Below are positions 1 through 9,913 of a stretch of 64,000 nucleotides of DNA, piece by piece. Location: NCBI GenBank assembly GCA_963709325.1, contig CAVPVV010000003.1:2886638-2950637 (forward strand), in the 5' to 3' direction. A program made the position numbers and the translations under genes. Under the pieces are notes generated by a model. It was not told the DNA's origin, ran no database searches, and saw only the letters and a program-made list of their open reading frames with translations. Source of the stretch: an uncultured Acidobacteriota bacterium (GTDB lineage: Bacteria; Acidobacteriota; Vicinamibacteria; Vicinamibacterales; UBA2999). Each line of letters starts with the position of its first letter. Position 1 is the first letter of the stretch.

Positions 1-3000
1 CTCTGCCAGGTTCAGCGCAGACTCCAGCGCCTCGAGCGCTACTTGCTCGAGTTCGTTTCGTGGAGCGACGCGATTCGGAGTCGAGTGGCTGACCGCCACC
101 CAGGGGCTCGGAAGGGACCGCCGGTCGACCTTTCCGTTTGGCAGCAGGGGAAGCGTCGCAATTTCGACGAAGTGCTGCGGAATCATGTAATCGGGCAACC
201 GTTCGCGGAGGTGAGAGCGAAGAGTGGCCGGTTCGGGGACAGCCTGCCGAGGGACGATGTAGGCAACGAGTCGGACGTCCCCAGGAGCGGCTTCGTGAGT
301 CTCCACGACAGCACCTTGAATCGAGGAGTGCTCCGCGAGACAGGCTTCGATCTCACCGGGTTCGATACGGTAGCCGCGAACCTTGATCTGAAAATCGAGC
401 CGGCCTTGATGCTCGAGCAGTTGGTCGTTGCGCCATTTTCCGCGATCGCCGGTACGATAGAGTCGGCTCGAACTGTGAGCCGCGAACGGATCAATCGCAA
501 AGCGTTTGCTGGTCAGGTCTGGACGTTCGAAGTAACCGGAAGTCACGCCCTCACCGCCAATGCAAATTTCGCCGGGCACGCCTATCGGGCAGGGCTGACC
601 ACCCGGACCGAGGACCCAAATCGATGTGTTCGCGATCGGACGGCCGATCGCGACACCGCTCTCGTTCACGACCGCGGCGTCCACTTTCCAGACTGCCGAC
701 CACACGGTCGTTTCAGTAGGACCATACATGTTCCAGACCTCGCTGCTTCGCTCGAGAAGCACTCTAGCGAGATCCGGGGGCAAGGTTTCGCCGCCGACCA
801 GGGCCTTGAAGGCGCCGCCCGGCCAGCCGGCGTCGATCACACTGCGCCACATTCCGGGCGTCGCCTGCATGATCGTTGCGCCAGTCCGCTCGAGCAACAG
901 GCCCAGCTCGCGGCCATCCATTGCGGTCTCACGAGGGACGATGATTGCCTCAGCTCCGACCGTCAACGGGAGCATGAGCTCGAGCACGGAGATGTCAAAT
1001 GACAACGTCGTAACCGCTGCGAGACGGTCGTTGATATTGATTCCCGGCTCACGCGCCATCGCGCATAGGAAGTTGACCACGGCGCGGTGCGGAACGACGA
1101 CACCCTTCGGAGCACCGGTCGAGCCGGAGGTGTAGATGACGTAGGCAGGAGTCTCGGGGTCGCAATCGTTCGGACTCTCGGGATGCACGGTCATCGGCTG
1201 TTCCAGCCATGCCGTGTTGACATCGAGGTTGATGACCCTGCCTGCGACATCGGCTCGCCACGCTCGCGGCGCCGCTTTCTGATGCGATTCGGTTATGAGG
1301 AATGCCAGGTTCGCGTCCGCAGCGTAGTAGGCCAGTCGGGCCGGTGGAAACCCCGGGTCGAGTGGGACGTAGGCGCCACCTGCCCTGAGTACCCCGATCA
1401 GCGCCGTGATCGTGTCGAGGCCGCGCGTCATGCACAGCCCCACCCGATCACCAGGCGTCAGGCCGCGAGCGCGCAGATAACGAGCCAACTGATTGGAACG
1501 GCGGTCGAGATCGGCGTAAGTCAGGCAGCGTCCGTCGCACGAAACCGCTACCCGATCCGGTGTCGATGCGGCTTGCCGTACGAATGCCGAGTACATCAAA
1601 TCGCTTCTTGGGAAATCAGTCGGGAGCGGCTGTAAAGCTTCCACTTCCCGGCGCAGCCCCGCCGATAGCCATGGCAAGGCTCCCAAAGGTAGTGAAGGAT
1701 CCGCCGCCACTGACTCGAGCAGCGACTCGTACGCGTCGAGCCACCGCTCGACGGAACGTTCATCGAAGAGGCCGGTATTGTATTGACATTCGAGCCGGAT
1801 CCCGTCGTCCACGTGCACGGCGTTCAAGGAGATCTCGAAGTTTTCGAACAGACGTGGAGTGGCCGAACATTCCACGGTGAGACCTGGAAATAAGTTCGAG
1901 CCGGGACGAATACCCGGATCAAGATTGAACATCGCGCTGACCAATGGCAGTCGGCTCGGATCCCTTCCGAGCGGCAGCTTCTTCAGCAACGTCCCATAGG
2001 TGAGCGCCTGATGTTCGAATGCGTCGAGCACGGTGGTCGACACGGATTGCAGGAAGTCGGTGAATGGCGTGTCCCGCTCCGCCCTGAGCCGTATTGGCAA
2101 CAGGTTGACGCAGTGCCCGACGAGCTCGGTCATACCGCTGGCCGCCTGCCCCGCCGCCGGAACGCCGATAACCAGGTCCTCCTGATCAGTCAGTCGGTGG
2201 ACAAGTGCGGCGAATGCGGCAAACAGCGTCGCAAATAGGCTGGATCGGGCCTGAGCGCCCAATCTGCGAACCGCGCTCACGACGTCGGCCCGGATATGGC
2301 GGTCAACCCGACGCGAATCGAACGTGCGCCGAGGTGGACGGGCCCTGTCCGAGGGAAGTTCGAGCGCCACGGATGCCGAACCCGCCAACGACTGAAGCCA
2401 GAATCGCTCGTGGTCCGCCATTTCAGGATTGGCTGCTTGTTCGGACGCCCACCTCACGTAGTCGGAGTAGCGCGCCGCGCTCGCCGGGGCGGCGCCGTCG
2501 CCCAGACGCTCACGGTACAGCGCCGCGAGATCCCGGGTAATGACACCCCACGACCACCCGTCGCACACGACATGGTGCGCGGTCATCAGGAGCAGATGAT
2601 CATCGGCACCGAGGCAGTAGCAGACCGCTCGAAACAGGGGACCTTGACTCAGATCAAACGGTTCCGACGCCGCGGCGGCTCTTTCCTGTGACAAGGTGGT
2701 CGCGCGCTGAACGCTGGTTTGGCCGCTCAGATCGACTATCGGCAGAATGAACGAACCTGGCGCCGCGATCAGCAGCTCGGCCCCGTCAGGATCGACGGTC
2801 GATCGCAACGATTGGTGGCGAGCGACCAATTGATTGATCCCCGCCGCCAGGGCGGCGATGTCGAGCGGGCCCCGGAGGCGAAACTCAACCGACTCATTGA
2901 AGGCTAGCGAAGCGTACCGCCCGAGCCGGCTCGCGAGCCACACTTCTACCTGCGCCGGGCTCAGAGGAACGACTTCCTCGAGAAACCATCCCGGGCCCGA

Positions 3001-3036
3001 ATCCGTGGCGGCAGGTTCCTGGTGTGGTGAGCTCAT
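1..3036 (-). CDS. Non-ribosomal peptide synthetase module (condensation - adenylation - start of carrier domain); 3' end lies beyond position 1
   Basis: Absent from the ORF track because it has no stop inside the window. The minus frame with first-base coordinate mod 3 = 0 is the only frame with no listed sub-ORF between 1 and 3036. ATG at 3036-3034 overlaps the TGA of the upstream megasynthase (tcat 3033-3036 = ATGA). Own translation: MSSPHQEPAATDSGPGWFLEEVVPLSPAQVEVWLASRL (C-domain N-terminal motif); AHHVVCDGWSWGV (HHxxxDG, ~2545-2585); VIYTSGSTGAPKG (A3, ~1100-1140); LPNGKVDRRSLP (A10, ~110-144); then the first residues of a carrier domain. Plus-strand ORFs 43..1002 and 626..1135 are its antisense shadow. 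Confidence 0.85.
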   Translation of the reverse strand, partial: MSSPHQEPAATDSGPGWFLEEVVPLSPAQVEVWLASRLGRYASLAFNESVEFRLRGPLDIAALAAGINQLVARHQSLRSTVDPDGAELLIAAPGSFILPIVDLSGQTSVQRATTLSQERAAAASEPFDLSQGPLFRAVCYCLGADDHLLLMTAHHVVCDGWSWGVITRDLAALYRERLGDGAAPASAARYSDYVRWASEQAANPEMADHERFWLQSLAGSASVALELPSDRARPPRRTFDSRRVDRHIRADVVSAVRRLGAQARSSLFATLFAAFAALVHRLTDQEDLVIGVPAAGQAASGMTELVGHCVNLLPIRLRAERDTPFTDFLQSVSTTVLDAFEHQALTYGTLLKKLPLGRDPSRLPLVSAMFNLDPGIRPGSNLFPGLTVECSATPRLFENFEISLNAVHVDDGIRLECQYNTGLFDERSVERWLDAYESLLESVAADPSLPLGALPWLSAGLRREVEALQPLPTDFPRSDLMYSAFVRQAASTPDRVAVSCDGRCLTYADLDRRSNQLARYLRARGLTPGDRVGLCMTRGLDTITALIGVLRAGGAYVPLDPGFPPARLAYYAADANLAFLITESHQKAAPRAWRADVAGRVINLDVNTAWLEQPMTVHPESPNDCDPETPAYVIYTSGSTGAPKGVVVPHRAVVNFLCAMAREPGININDRLAAVTTLSFDISVLELMLPLTVGAEAIIVPRETAMDGRELGLLLERTGATIMQATPGMWRSVIDAGWPGGAFKALVGGETLPPDLARVLLERSSEVWNMYGPTETTVWSAVWKVDAAVVNESGVAIGRPIANTSIWVLGPGGQPCPIGVPGEICIGGEGVTSGYFERPDLTSKRFAIDPFAAHSSSRLYRTGDRGKWRNDQLLEHQGRLDFQIKVRGYRIEPGEIEACLAEHSSIQGAVVETHEAAPGDVRLVAYIVPRQAVPEPATLRSHLRERLPDYMIPQHFVEIATLPLLPNGKVDRRSLPSPWVAVSHSTPNRVAPRNELEQVALEALESALNLAE

Positions 3037-6000
3037 GCCTTGGCGGCAACCTTCGCCGGGTCATATTTCGAGTATTTACTTGGCGCCTTGCCATCGGGAA
3101 CGAACCATGCCGGCTTGCCCTCGTTATCACGACAAAGTCGTGCGTCGGCGACTGGCGGACGCGATCTGTCCATGGCTTCGGTCGGTTCGACCCGCGTCGG
3201 CAGAAACCCGCCCTCCTGCAGTTCGGCAATCGAGTTCTTGAAGGCGGAGACCATCACGTCAACCTCCCCTGCCCCATGTGCGGTTGTCATGAAACACGGA
3301 AAGTTGTCGAGAATGTGAACTCCGCGACTACGCATCATCGCAAAGAGCAGGTCTTGAAACGGATGATCTTCGAGCCACGCAACCCGCCACAGTGATCCAC
3401 AGTGGCTAACCGAAATCGGGGCGCCCACCCGTTTACAGAACGCGTTCAACTCGCGCACCATCGTCTCCGTCGTCCGGTTCAAGGTCGTCTGGAGAGTGCC
3501 GCCCGCCGCCTTCAGATGGACCAGCGTCGCCTTGGCCGCGGCCAACGCGAGTGGATGCCGCACAAACGTCCCCGCGAAGTAGGTCACTCCGACCGTCGGA
3601 ATCGAGTCGTCGCCGAACTGCCACGACCCTCCGTCCAGTGCGTCCATGAAGTCGCGCCTGCCTGCCACCACCCCGATCGGCATCCCCCCGCCGATGACTT
3701 TACCGTAGCTCGCCAAATCCGCGTTTACACCGAACATCGCCTGGACGCCGCCCTGATGCAGACGAAATCCGGTGATCACTTCATCGAAGATCAGGCAAAC
3801 GCCGCAGCGTTGGGTGGCCGCGCGGAGCTGCTTCAGAAACTCGACCGGCTGGAACTCGGGCCGACGGCTTTGCACCGGCTCGACGAGCACCGCCGCCAAA
3901 TCGTCAGCATGGGCGTGAATGTATTCCAATGCCTCAGGGGAACCGTACTCGAGCACGCGCACGTCACCGAACATTCCCGCCATGATGCCAGGGGCTCCGG
4001 GAATGGCCTTTCCGCCTCTGCCACCGCGCACGACGACCTCGTCGAAGGTTCCGTGATACGACCCAGCGAACAACACAACTGTACTGCGACCGGTCACCGT
4101 GCGGGCGATGCGAATCGCGGCCATCACGGCCTCCGAACCCGTATTGCACAGCGCGGCGCGGTCGAACCCGGTCATCTCGCAGACCAATCTTGCGACTTCA
4201 CCCGCCAGTGGGTGCTGGGGGCCGATATCGTAACCCGTGTCCAGCTGGCTTCGAATCGCATCGGTCACGAAGTCGGGTCGCCACCCAAAAAGGTTCACGC
4301 CGAAGCCGTTCAGCGCGTCGACATACTCGTTTCCATCGACGTCCCACATGCGGGCGCCCTGCGAGCGCTCCATCACGATCTGATATGTAATTTCCTTCGT
4401 TATCGGGCGAAATCCATTGACGGTGCGAGGGTCTGCCAGATGACCACGATGCTCTGAGGCGTACGCCTTGCTTTGGACAGTCTTAGCTACGTAGCGCTTG
4501 ACAAACGCATCGAACCGGGCCTTCTGGCGGTCGGTGAGGGCGTTCGCCTCCGTGTGAATGCGTGCGATCGCGCCGAATGCCTTCTTGACGTCGTATCGTA
4601 CCTGGCGGAGATCGTCGGCAGTTCGCATTGAGTGAGGAACGGTAGCCGCGGGCTGGGCCTCGGAGCCGGCGGCGGCCAGGGATGGGCGCCCCGTGCCACT
4701 GCCGATCTGGCTGGGCCTGTCTAAACTGACGCTGGCGAGCAGGGCTAGCTGTTGGGACATCAACTCCATTTGTTGGCGAATGACCTGCTGAATGGGCGAC
4801 TCGCCCTGGTCGTTCGCGAATTGTGCGGCGGCGGGACCCGCAGATAGCGCTTCCGACGAGCCGGGTTCGGGCCCCTGTGAAGCTGCCACGGCGGCCACGG
4901 CGGTTACCGGCTCCATCGGCATCAGCCGGTTTAGGTGCCCGGCCAAGTCTCGGAGATTTCGATACTGCTCCATCAGCTCTCGAAATGTGATTGGAACCTT
5001 GAACCGCTTCTTGAGCATGGCAGCGGCTTGGGTGAGGACGAGTGAATCGAGACCCAATTCGATGAAACTCACGGACTCGTCCGCTTCGGAAAGGTCCAGT
5101 CCTGAAATGTCTTCGAAGAATCCGCGCAGCTCGGCGATCAGGCCCGGTATTGGTAATGCAGAAGGGGCCTTAGTGGGTTCGCTCACGGTCCTCTCTTGGC
5201 CTAATCGAGCCGAGCCGTCCGGATCAGCCGTTGGGACAACGGGGTTTCCGATAGACGCGGAAATCGAGACCATTGCATCCGACACATGGGGTATTGCCGA
5301 CTTCGCCGACGGAGGATCCAGCCAGAGTCTCTGGCGCTCGAACGGATAGGTCGGCAAGACTATCCGGTGTCTCAAATTTGAGGCTGACGTGGCAGGTTCC
5401 GATGCTTCAATGCCGGCCGTCCAGAGTTCGCCCAAGGCCAACAGCAATTGCGACGTCTCCAGTTCTGGCGAGTCGGCCATACACGGAACCGCGATCGAAC
5501 CCGGTCGGCGGCCACCGTGCTGGCGAACGAGGGTCGAGAGCGTGTCGCGGGGGCCGAGTTCGACGAAGGCCGCGTCTTCATGTCGAGCGATGCAATTCCG
5601 GACCGCCCCGGAAAAGCGAACAGGTTCCCTGAGGTGACGCCCCCAATAGCCTGGGTCGATCGCATCACTCGCCGTGAGCCAGGTTCCGGTCAACGTTGAG
5701 ATGATCGGCACCTGAGGGGCCCTCAGGTGTGCCGTCTCCACCTCGCAGTTGAACGGTGCCACAGCCCCGTCCATCATCGAGGAATGGAACGCGTGAGAGG
5801 TCTGTAGCAGGCGAGTCATGACGCCTTCAGCCTCGAGCACGTCCCTGAATGCGTTGACGTCAACGGTCGGTCCGGACACGACGGAGGCGCTCGGGCCGTT
5901 TTCAGCGGCAACGCAAAGGCGGGCGGGAAGGCGGGATGACAGAGGATCAGCCGGCAGTCGCACGGAGAGCATGCTTCCCGCGGGCAAATCCTGCATAAGC

Positions 6001-9000
6001 CGGCCTCGGAACGCCACTAGCCGTGCAGCATCTTGCAACGACATGACACCGGCCACGACGGCGGCGACGAACTCGCCAACACTATGGCCAATCAGCGCGG
6101 CGGGGCGGACGTCACGCGCCTCCAGGGTTCGAGCGAGCGCATATTCGAGGCAAAAGGTGGCTGGCTGTGTCGTCGCCGTTCCCGTCAAGGCGTTGGCGTC
6201 GCCTGAAAACATCCTCGCCAAGAGATCGAAGCCCGCGTGCTTCGACGCACTCTCGGCAGCCTCGTCCAACGCGTCGCGAAAGGTTCGATCACCGTCGTGC
6301 AACCCGCGCCCCATCCCCGCGTACTGGGCACCTTGGCCCGGAAACAGCCAGATTAGGGGCGGTATTGTCGCGCCCAAGGACCGGGAGACGCGATGCCGGT
6401 GCGTCGGCTCGCTCAAGACGTCGATCGCAGCGTCGACCGAACCAGCGACAAGGGCCAACCGCTCGGGAAATCGGCTTCGTCCTTCTCTCAGTGTGTAGGC
6501 GACATCAGCGAGATTGGTATTCGGATGAGCCTTCAAGTGTTCGGCCAATTGCGCCGCCATCGTCCCGAGCGCAGAGGGAGTTCTGGCCGACAACAACAAC
6601 AACTCGGGACTGGTTGAAGGGCCGACCTCGGGTCGATGAGGACCTTCTTCTAGGACGAGGTGGACGTTAGTGCCGCCGACCCCGAAGGAGCTTACACCGG
6701 CACGCCGAGGCTCCTTCGCTCGCGGCCACGGAGTCAAAGCCGTATTGACGAGGAACGGACTGGTCGCAAAGTCGATTGCCTGATTTGGCTTCTCGAAATT
6801 CACGCTGGGCGGCAGCATCTCATGGGAAAGAGCCAGGGCTGTCTTGATCACTCCGGCCGCGCCGGCGGCGGTGACCAGGTGGCCGACGTTGCTCTTGACG
6901 GACCCGATCCGGCAAAATCCCCGATCCGGCGTCGTCCGGCGAAAAGCCCGGGTGAGCGCCTCGATCTCAACCGGGTCACCGAGCGGCGTGGCCGTGCCAT
7001 GAGCCTCGATATAGGACACAGTGCGCGGATTGATGCCTGCAGCCTCGTAGGCGGCCGCGATCCCCGCGGCCTGTCCGCTTATGCTCGGCGCCGTGAAACT
7101 AGCCTTGTCACGGCCGTCGTTGTTGACAGCCAGGCCCCGAATGACCGCGTACACCATGTCACCGTCGGCGACGGCGTCGCCCAACCGCTTGAGCAGCACC
7201 ACGGCGGCGCCGTCGCTGAACACCGTACCCTGGGCGGCTGCATCGAAGGGTCGTGTCCGTCCATCGGGGGACAGCATCGCGCCTTCCTGGTATAGATAGC
7301 CGCTCCGCGGCGGGCAGGTGATCGCAACCCCTCCGGCAAGCGCCATGTCGCATTGATGCGATCTGAGCGCCGCGAACGCCTGCGCGATCGCAACTAGGGA
7401 CGTGGAGCAAGCGGTATGCACGCTGACGGCGGGCCCGGTCAGGTTCAGTCGGCTTGCGACGCGGGTCGCGATATAGTCCTTCTCATTGGCCAACATTACC
7501 TGAAATTCACCGAGCTTCTCGATTCGATCGGGATGATAGAGAACGTGCTTCTGGTAGTAGGTCGCGTTGTACATCCCCGCGAAGATGCCAATCGGCATGC
7601 GTGCTCGGTCCGGTGCATGTCCGCCGCGCTCCAAGCATTCCCAGCAGAGCTCGAGGAAGACTCGGTGCTGCGGGTCCATAACTTCCGCCTCACGAGCCGA
7701 GATGCCAAAGAACGTCGAATCAAACCTCTCGACGTCAGCAATTACACCACGCCGCTTAACGTACGCCGGATCCGCCGTGAGCGCTGGCGGCAACGAGGGA
7801 TCAAGTTCACTGTCCTCAAAGGATGTGATCGTCTCGCGTCCGTCACGCAGGTTGCGCCAGAACTCCTCCACAGTGGTCGCGCCTGGGAACCGGCCGGCCA
7901 TCGCGATGATGGCGACCGGCTCGTCGGATGGCGCGGGCCCCTTTCGACTCCTCGCCAGGCGCCGGGATTCGACGACCGACTCGGTCCGATCGACGATTGC
8001 ACGAGCAATAGCCTCGGGAGTCGGTTCGCGGAAGAAAAGATTCGTGGACAGGCCGCTCCGGTCCGGGTCCGGTAGCCGTCCGAGAACCTTCAACACCAGT
8101 AAGGAGTCACCCCCGAGGTCGAAGAAGTTGTCGAAGCGGCCCACGCGCTCGATGCCAAGCTCGGTGGCGAATGCCGCGCAGACCCGGGCCTCGATCTCGC
8201 CAACCGGTTCCGTGTACGGCTGGATGAGATCAGGCCTCTCAATCGGCGGCGGTGGCAGCGCGCGTCGATCGACCTTCCCGTTGACCGTCCGGGGTAGCGC
8301 ATCTAACCACACATAAGTCGCTGGCACCATGAAATCGGGCAGACGCGCGGCCAGATGCGCGCGCATCTGTTCCAAGGGGACCGGCTGGTCCCTGGCGATC
8401 GCATACGCAATGAGACGATGCGTCCCATTCGCGAGCTTCTCTGGCACCACAGCGCATGCTTTGATGCCGGCATGGGCGGCGAGTTGCGCCTCAATCTCAG
8501 CCGGCTCGATGCGGAACCCACGGATCTTCACTTGATCGTCCAAACGGCCAACGAACTCGATGATCCCATCCGCGGTGCAACTGGCAAGATCGCCGGTGCG
8601 GTACAGCCGCTCCCCACGCTGATCAAAGGGATTGGCGACGAACCGCTCATTCGTCAGCTCGGGTTGCCCGAGGTACCCGCGAGCGAGGCCACGTCCACCC
8701 AAATAGAGTTCGCCTACCTGCCCAGGCTCGAGGAGCTCCATCGAAGGGCCGAGGATGTACGCCTCCGTATCGGTAATAGGACGACCGATTGGCACAGCTC
8801 GAGCCTCCGCCGGCAAATCAGCGGGAATGCGAAATGTCGTCGCGAAGGTAGTGCATTCCGTGGGCCCGTACCCATTGATCAACATGACGGCCGGTGCCGC
8901 CGCGAGGAACCGCCGCACGTGCGGCACCGATAAAGCCTCGCCGCCAATGAGAAGTTCCTTCAAGGCCGCCAAATGCGTCGGATCGTCGTCCACGACCGCA

Positions 9001-9788
9001 TTGAACAGCGCTGCCGTGAGCCAGGCCGTCGTGACGCGATGTTTCTCGATCGTGCTCCTGAGCCCGGCAGCGGTCGGGAGATCCTCGTCGTGAATGACGC
9101 ATACACCACCGTTCAAGAGTGGAGCCCAGAGTTCGAAGGACGAGGCATCAAACCCCAGTGGTGCTGCTTGCATCACGACGCAGTCCGGTCCCAGGCTCAC
9201 ATACTTCGCATCGATGACAAGCCGGAGAACGGAGTCATGGCAGATCTCGATGCCTTTGGGGACGCCGGTCGAGCCTGATGTATACATCACATAGGCAAGC
9301 GATGCACCATCGCCGGGGTCGCAGAGTTGCGGCGCGGGTGCGCTGTCCGCCTGCTCGAGCAGCAGGGTCGGCAGATGCGATGGAAAACGCTCTCGCTGGG
9401 CTGCGGTCGTGACGACCGCCGCGGTGTGCGCGTCGTTGATCATCAATGCCAAGCGGTCGGTCGGGAATGCCAGTTCAAGTGGCATATATGCGGCGCCGGC
9501 TTTCAAAGTCCCCAAAATGCAAGTGACGGCTTCGAACGAGCGAGGGACTGCGATCGCGACAGTGGATCCGGGTCGGACCCCGAGATGCAGCAGGGCCGCC
9601 GCGACGCGATCCGATCGCGCATCCAGATCGCCGTAGGTCCATTCGTGTGCACGGTGAACGAGCGCCACTCGCTGCGGACCCTCGGCAGCGACACGCCGAA
9701 AGATCTCGTGGATCATTCCCCCCTTACCGCCAGGGAGCGACGTGGTATCCCTGGCGTGCACGCGATTAGGAACCTTGGAAGCGGACAT
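3033..9788 (-). CDS. Hybrid NRPS-PKS megasynthase: A - T - KS - AT - T - class-III (GSA-type) aminotransferase
   Basis: Intact 2251-aa ORF. Motifs with approximate forward coordinates: A domain LKAGAAYMPLE, FDASSFE (~9131-9160), YTSGSTGVPKG (~9256-9290), NGYGPTE, YRTGD, GRLDDQVKIRGFRIE, NGKVDRRAL. PCP FFDLGGDSLL (~8096-8133). KS VHTACSTSLVA (~7391-7425), EAHGTATPLGDP, GSVKSNVGHL. AT FPGQGAQYAGMG, GHSVGEF (~6069-6095), SHAFHS. ACP ELGLDSL (~5040-5069). Aminotransferase NTGSEAVMAAIRIAR, FDEVITGFR, YGKVIGGGMP (~3683-3712). No KR, DH, ER or TE motifs seen. Confidence 0.93.
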   Translation of the reverse strand: MSASKVPNRVHARDTTSLPGGKGGMIHEIFRRVAAEGPQRVALVHRAHEWTYGDLDARSDRVAAALLHLGVRPGSTVAIAVPRSFEAVTCILGTLKAGAAYMPLELAFPTDRLALMINDAHTAAVVTTAAQRERFPSHLPTLLLEQADSAPAPQLCDPGDGASLAYVMYTSGSTGVPKGIEICHDSVLRLVIDAKYVSLGPDCVVMQAAPLGFDASSFELWAPLLNGGVCVIHDEDLPTAAGLRSTIEKHRVTTAWLTAALFNAVVDDDPTHLAALKELLIGGEALSVPHVRRFLAAAPAVMLINGYGPTECTTFATTFRIPADLPAEARAVPIGRPITDTEAYILGPSMELLEPGQVGELYLGGRGLARGYLGQPELTNERFVANPFDQRGERLYRTGDLASCTADGIIEFVGRLDDQVKIRGFRIEPAEIEAQLAAHAGIKACAVVPEKLANGTHRLIAYAIARDQPVPLEQMRAHLAARLPDFMVPATYVWLDALPRTVNGKVDRRALPPPPIERPDLIQPYTEPVGEIEARVCAAFATELGIERVGRFDNFFDLGGDSLLVLKVLGRLPDPDRSGLSTNLFFREPTPEAIARAIVDRTESVVESRRLARSRKGPAPSDEPVAIIAMAGRFPGATTVEEFWRNLRDGRETITSFEDSELDPSLPPALTADPAYVKRRGVIADVERFDSTFFGISAREAEVMDPQHRVFLELCWECLERGGHAPDRARMPIGIFAGMYNATYYQKHVLYHPDRIEKLGEFQVMLANEKDYIATRVASRLNLTGPAVSVHTACSTSLVAIAQAFAALRSHQCDMALAGGVAITCPPRSGYLYQEGAMLSPDGRTRPFDAAAQGTVFSDGAAVVLLKRLGDAVADGDMVYAVIRGLAVNNDGRDKASFTAPSISGQAAGIAAAYEAAGINPRTVSYIEAHGTATPLGDPVEIEALTRAFRRTTPDRGFCRIGSVKSNVGHLVTAAGAAGVIKTALALSHEMLPPSVNFEKPNQAIDFATSPFLVNTALTPWPRAKEPRRAGVSSFGVGGTNVHLVLEEGPHRPEVGPSTSPELLLLSARTPSALGTMAAQLAEHLKAHPNTNLADVAYTLREGRSRFPERLALVAGSVDAAIDVLSEPTHRHRVSRSLGATIPPLIWLFPGQGAQYAGMGRGLHDGDRTFRDALDEAAESASKHAGFDLLARMFSGDANALTGTATTQPATFCLEYALARTLEARDVRPAALIGHSVGEFVAAVVAGVMSLQDAARLVAFRGRLMQDLPAGSMLSVRLPADPLSSRLPARLCVAAENGPSASVVSGPTVDVNAFRDVLEAEGVMTRLLQTSHAFHSSMMDGAVAPFNCEVETAHLRAPQVPIISTLTGTWLTASDAIDPGYWGRHLREPVRFSGAVRNCIARHEDAAFVELGPRDTLSTLVRQHGGRRPGSIAVPCMADSPELETSQLLLALGELWTAGIEASEPATSASNLRHRIVLPTYPFERQRLWLDPPSAKSAIPHVSDAMVSISASIGNPVVPTADPDGSARLGQERTVSEPTKAPSALPIPGLIAELRGFFEDISGLDLSEADESVSFIELGLDSLVLTQAAAMLKKRFKVPITFRELMEQYRNLRDLAGHLNRLMPMEPVTAVAAVAASQGPEPGSSEALSAGPAAAQFANDQGESPIQQVIRQQMELMSQQLALLASVSLDRPSQIGSGTGRPSLAAAGSEAQPAATVPHSMRTADDLRQVRYDVKKAFGAIARIHTEANALTDRQKARFDAFVKRYVAKTVQSKAYASEHRGHLADPRTVNGFRPITKEITYQIVMERSQGARMWDVDGNEYVDALNGFGVNLFGWRPDFVTDAIRSQLDTGYDIGPQHPLAGEVARLVCEMTGFDRAALCNTGSEAVMAAIRIARTVTGRSTVVLFAGSYHGTFDEVVVRGGRGGKAIPGAPGIMAGMFGDVRVLEYGSPEALEYIHAHADDLAAVLVEPVQSRRPEFQPVEFLKQLRAATQRCGVCLIFDEVITGFRLHQGGVQAMFGVNADLASYGKVIGGGMPIGVVAGRRDFMDALDGGSWQFGDDSIPTVGVTYFAGTFVRHPLALAAAKATLVHLKAAGGTLQTTLNRTTETMVRELNAFCKRVGAPISVSHCGSLWRVAWLEDHPFQDLLFAMMRSRGVHILDNFPCFMTTAHGAGEVDVMVSAFKNSIAELQEGGFLPTRVEPTEAMDRSRPPVADARLCRDNEGKPAWFVPDGKAPSKYSKYDPAKVAAKA

Positions 9789-9913
9789 TTGATTCGCGGC
9801 GGTTCATCGTTAGTCTCTTCAACGGTTGGAGGTCAGGCCAACGTGAGCGGCCTCTGTCAGGACTCACGTTTGTCATAGTTACCTGAGCGAACAATTTCAA
9901 CTCACTTCACACA

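Noticed and set aside
43-1135. Plus-strand ORFs 43..1002 (319 aa) and 626..1135 (169 aa)
   Set aside because: They are antisense to a minus-strand NRPS adenylation domain with clear A3 and A10 motifs. No domain features of their own.
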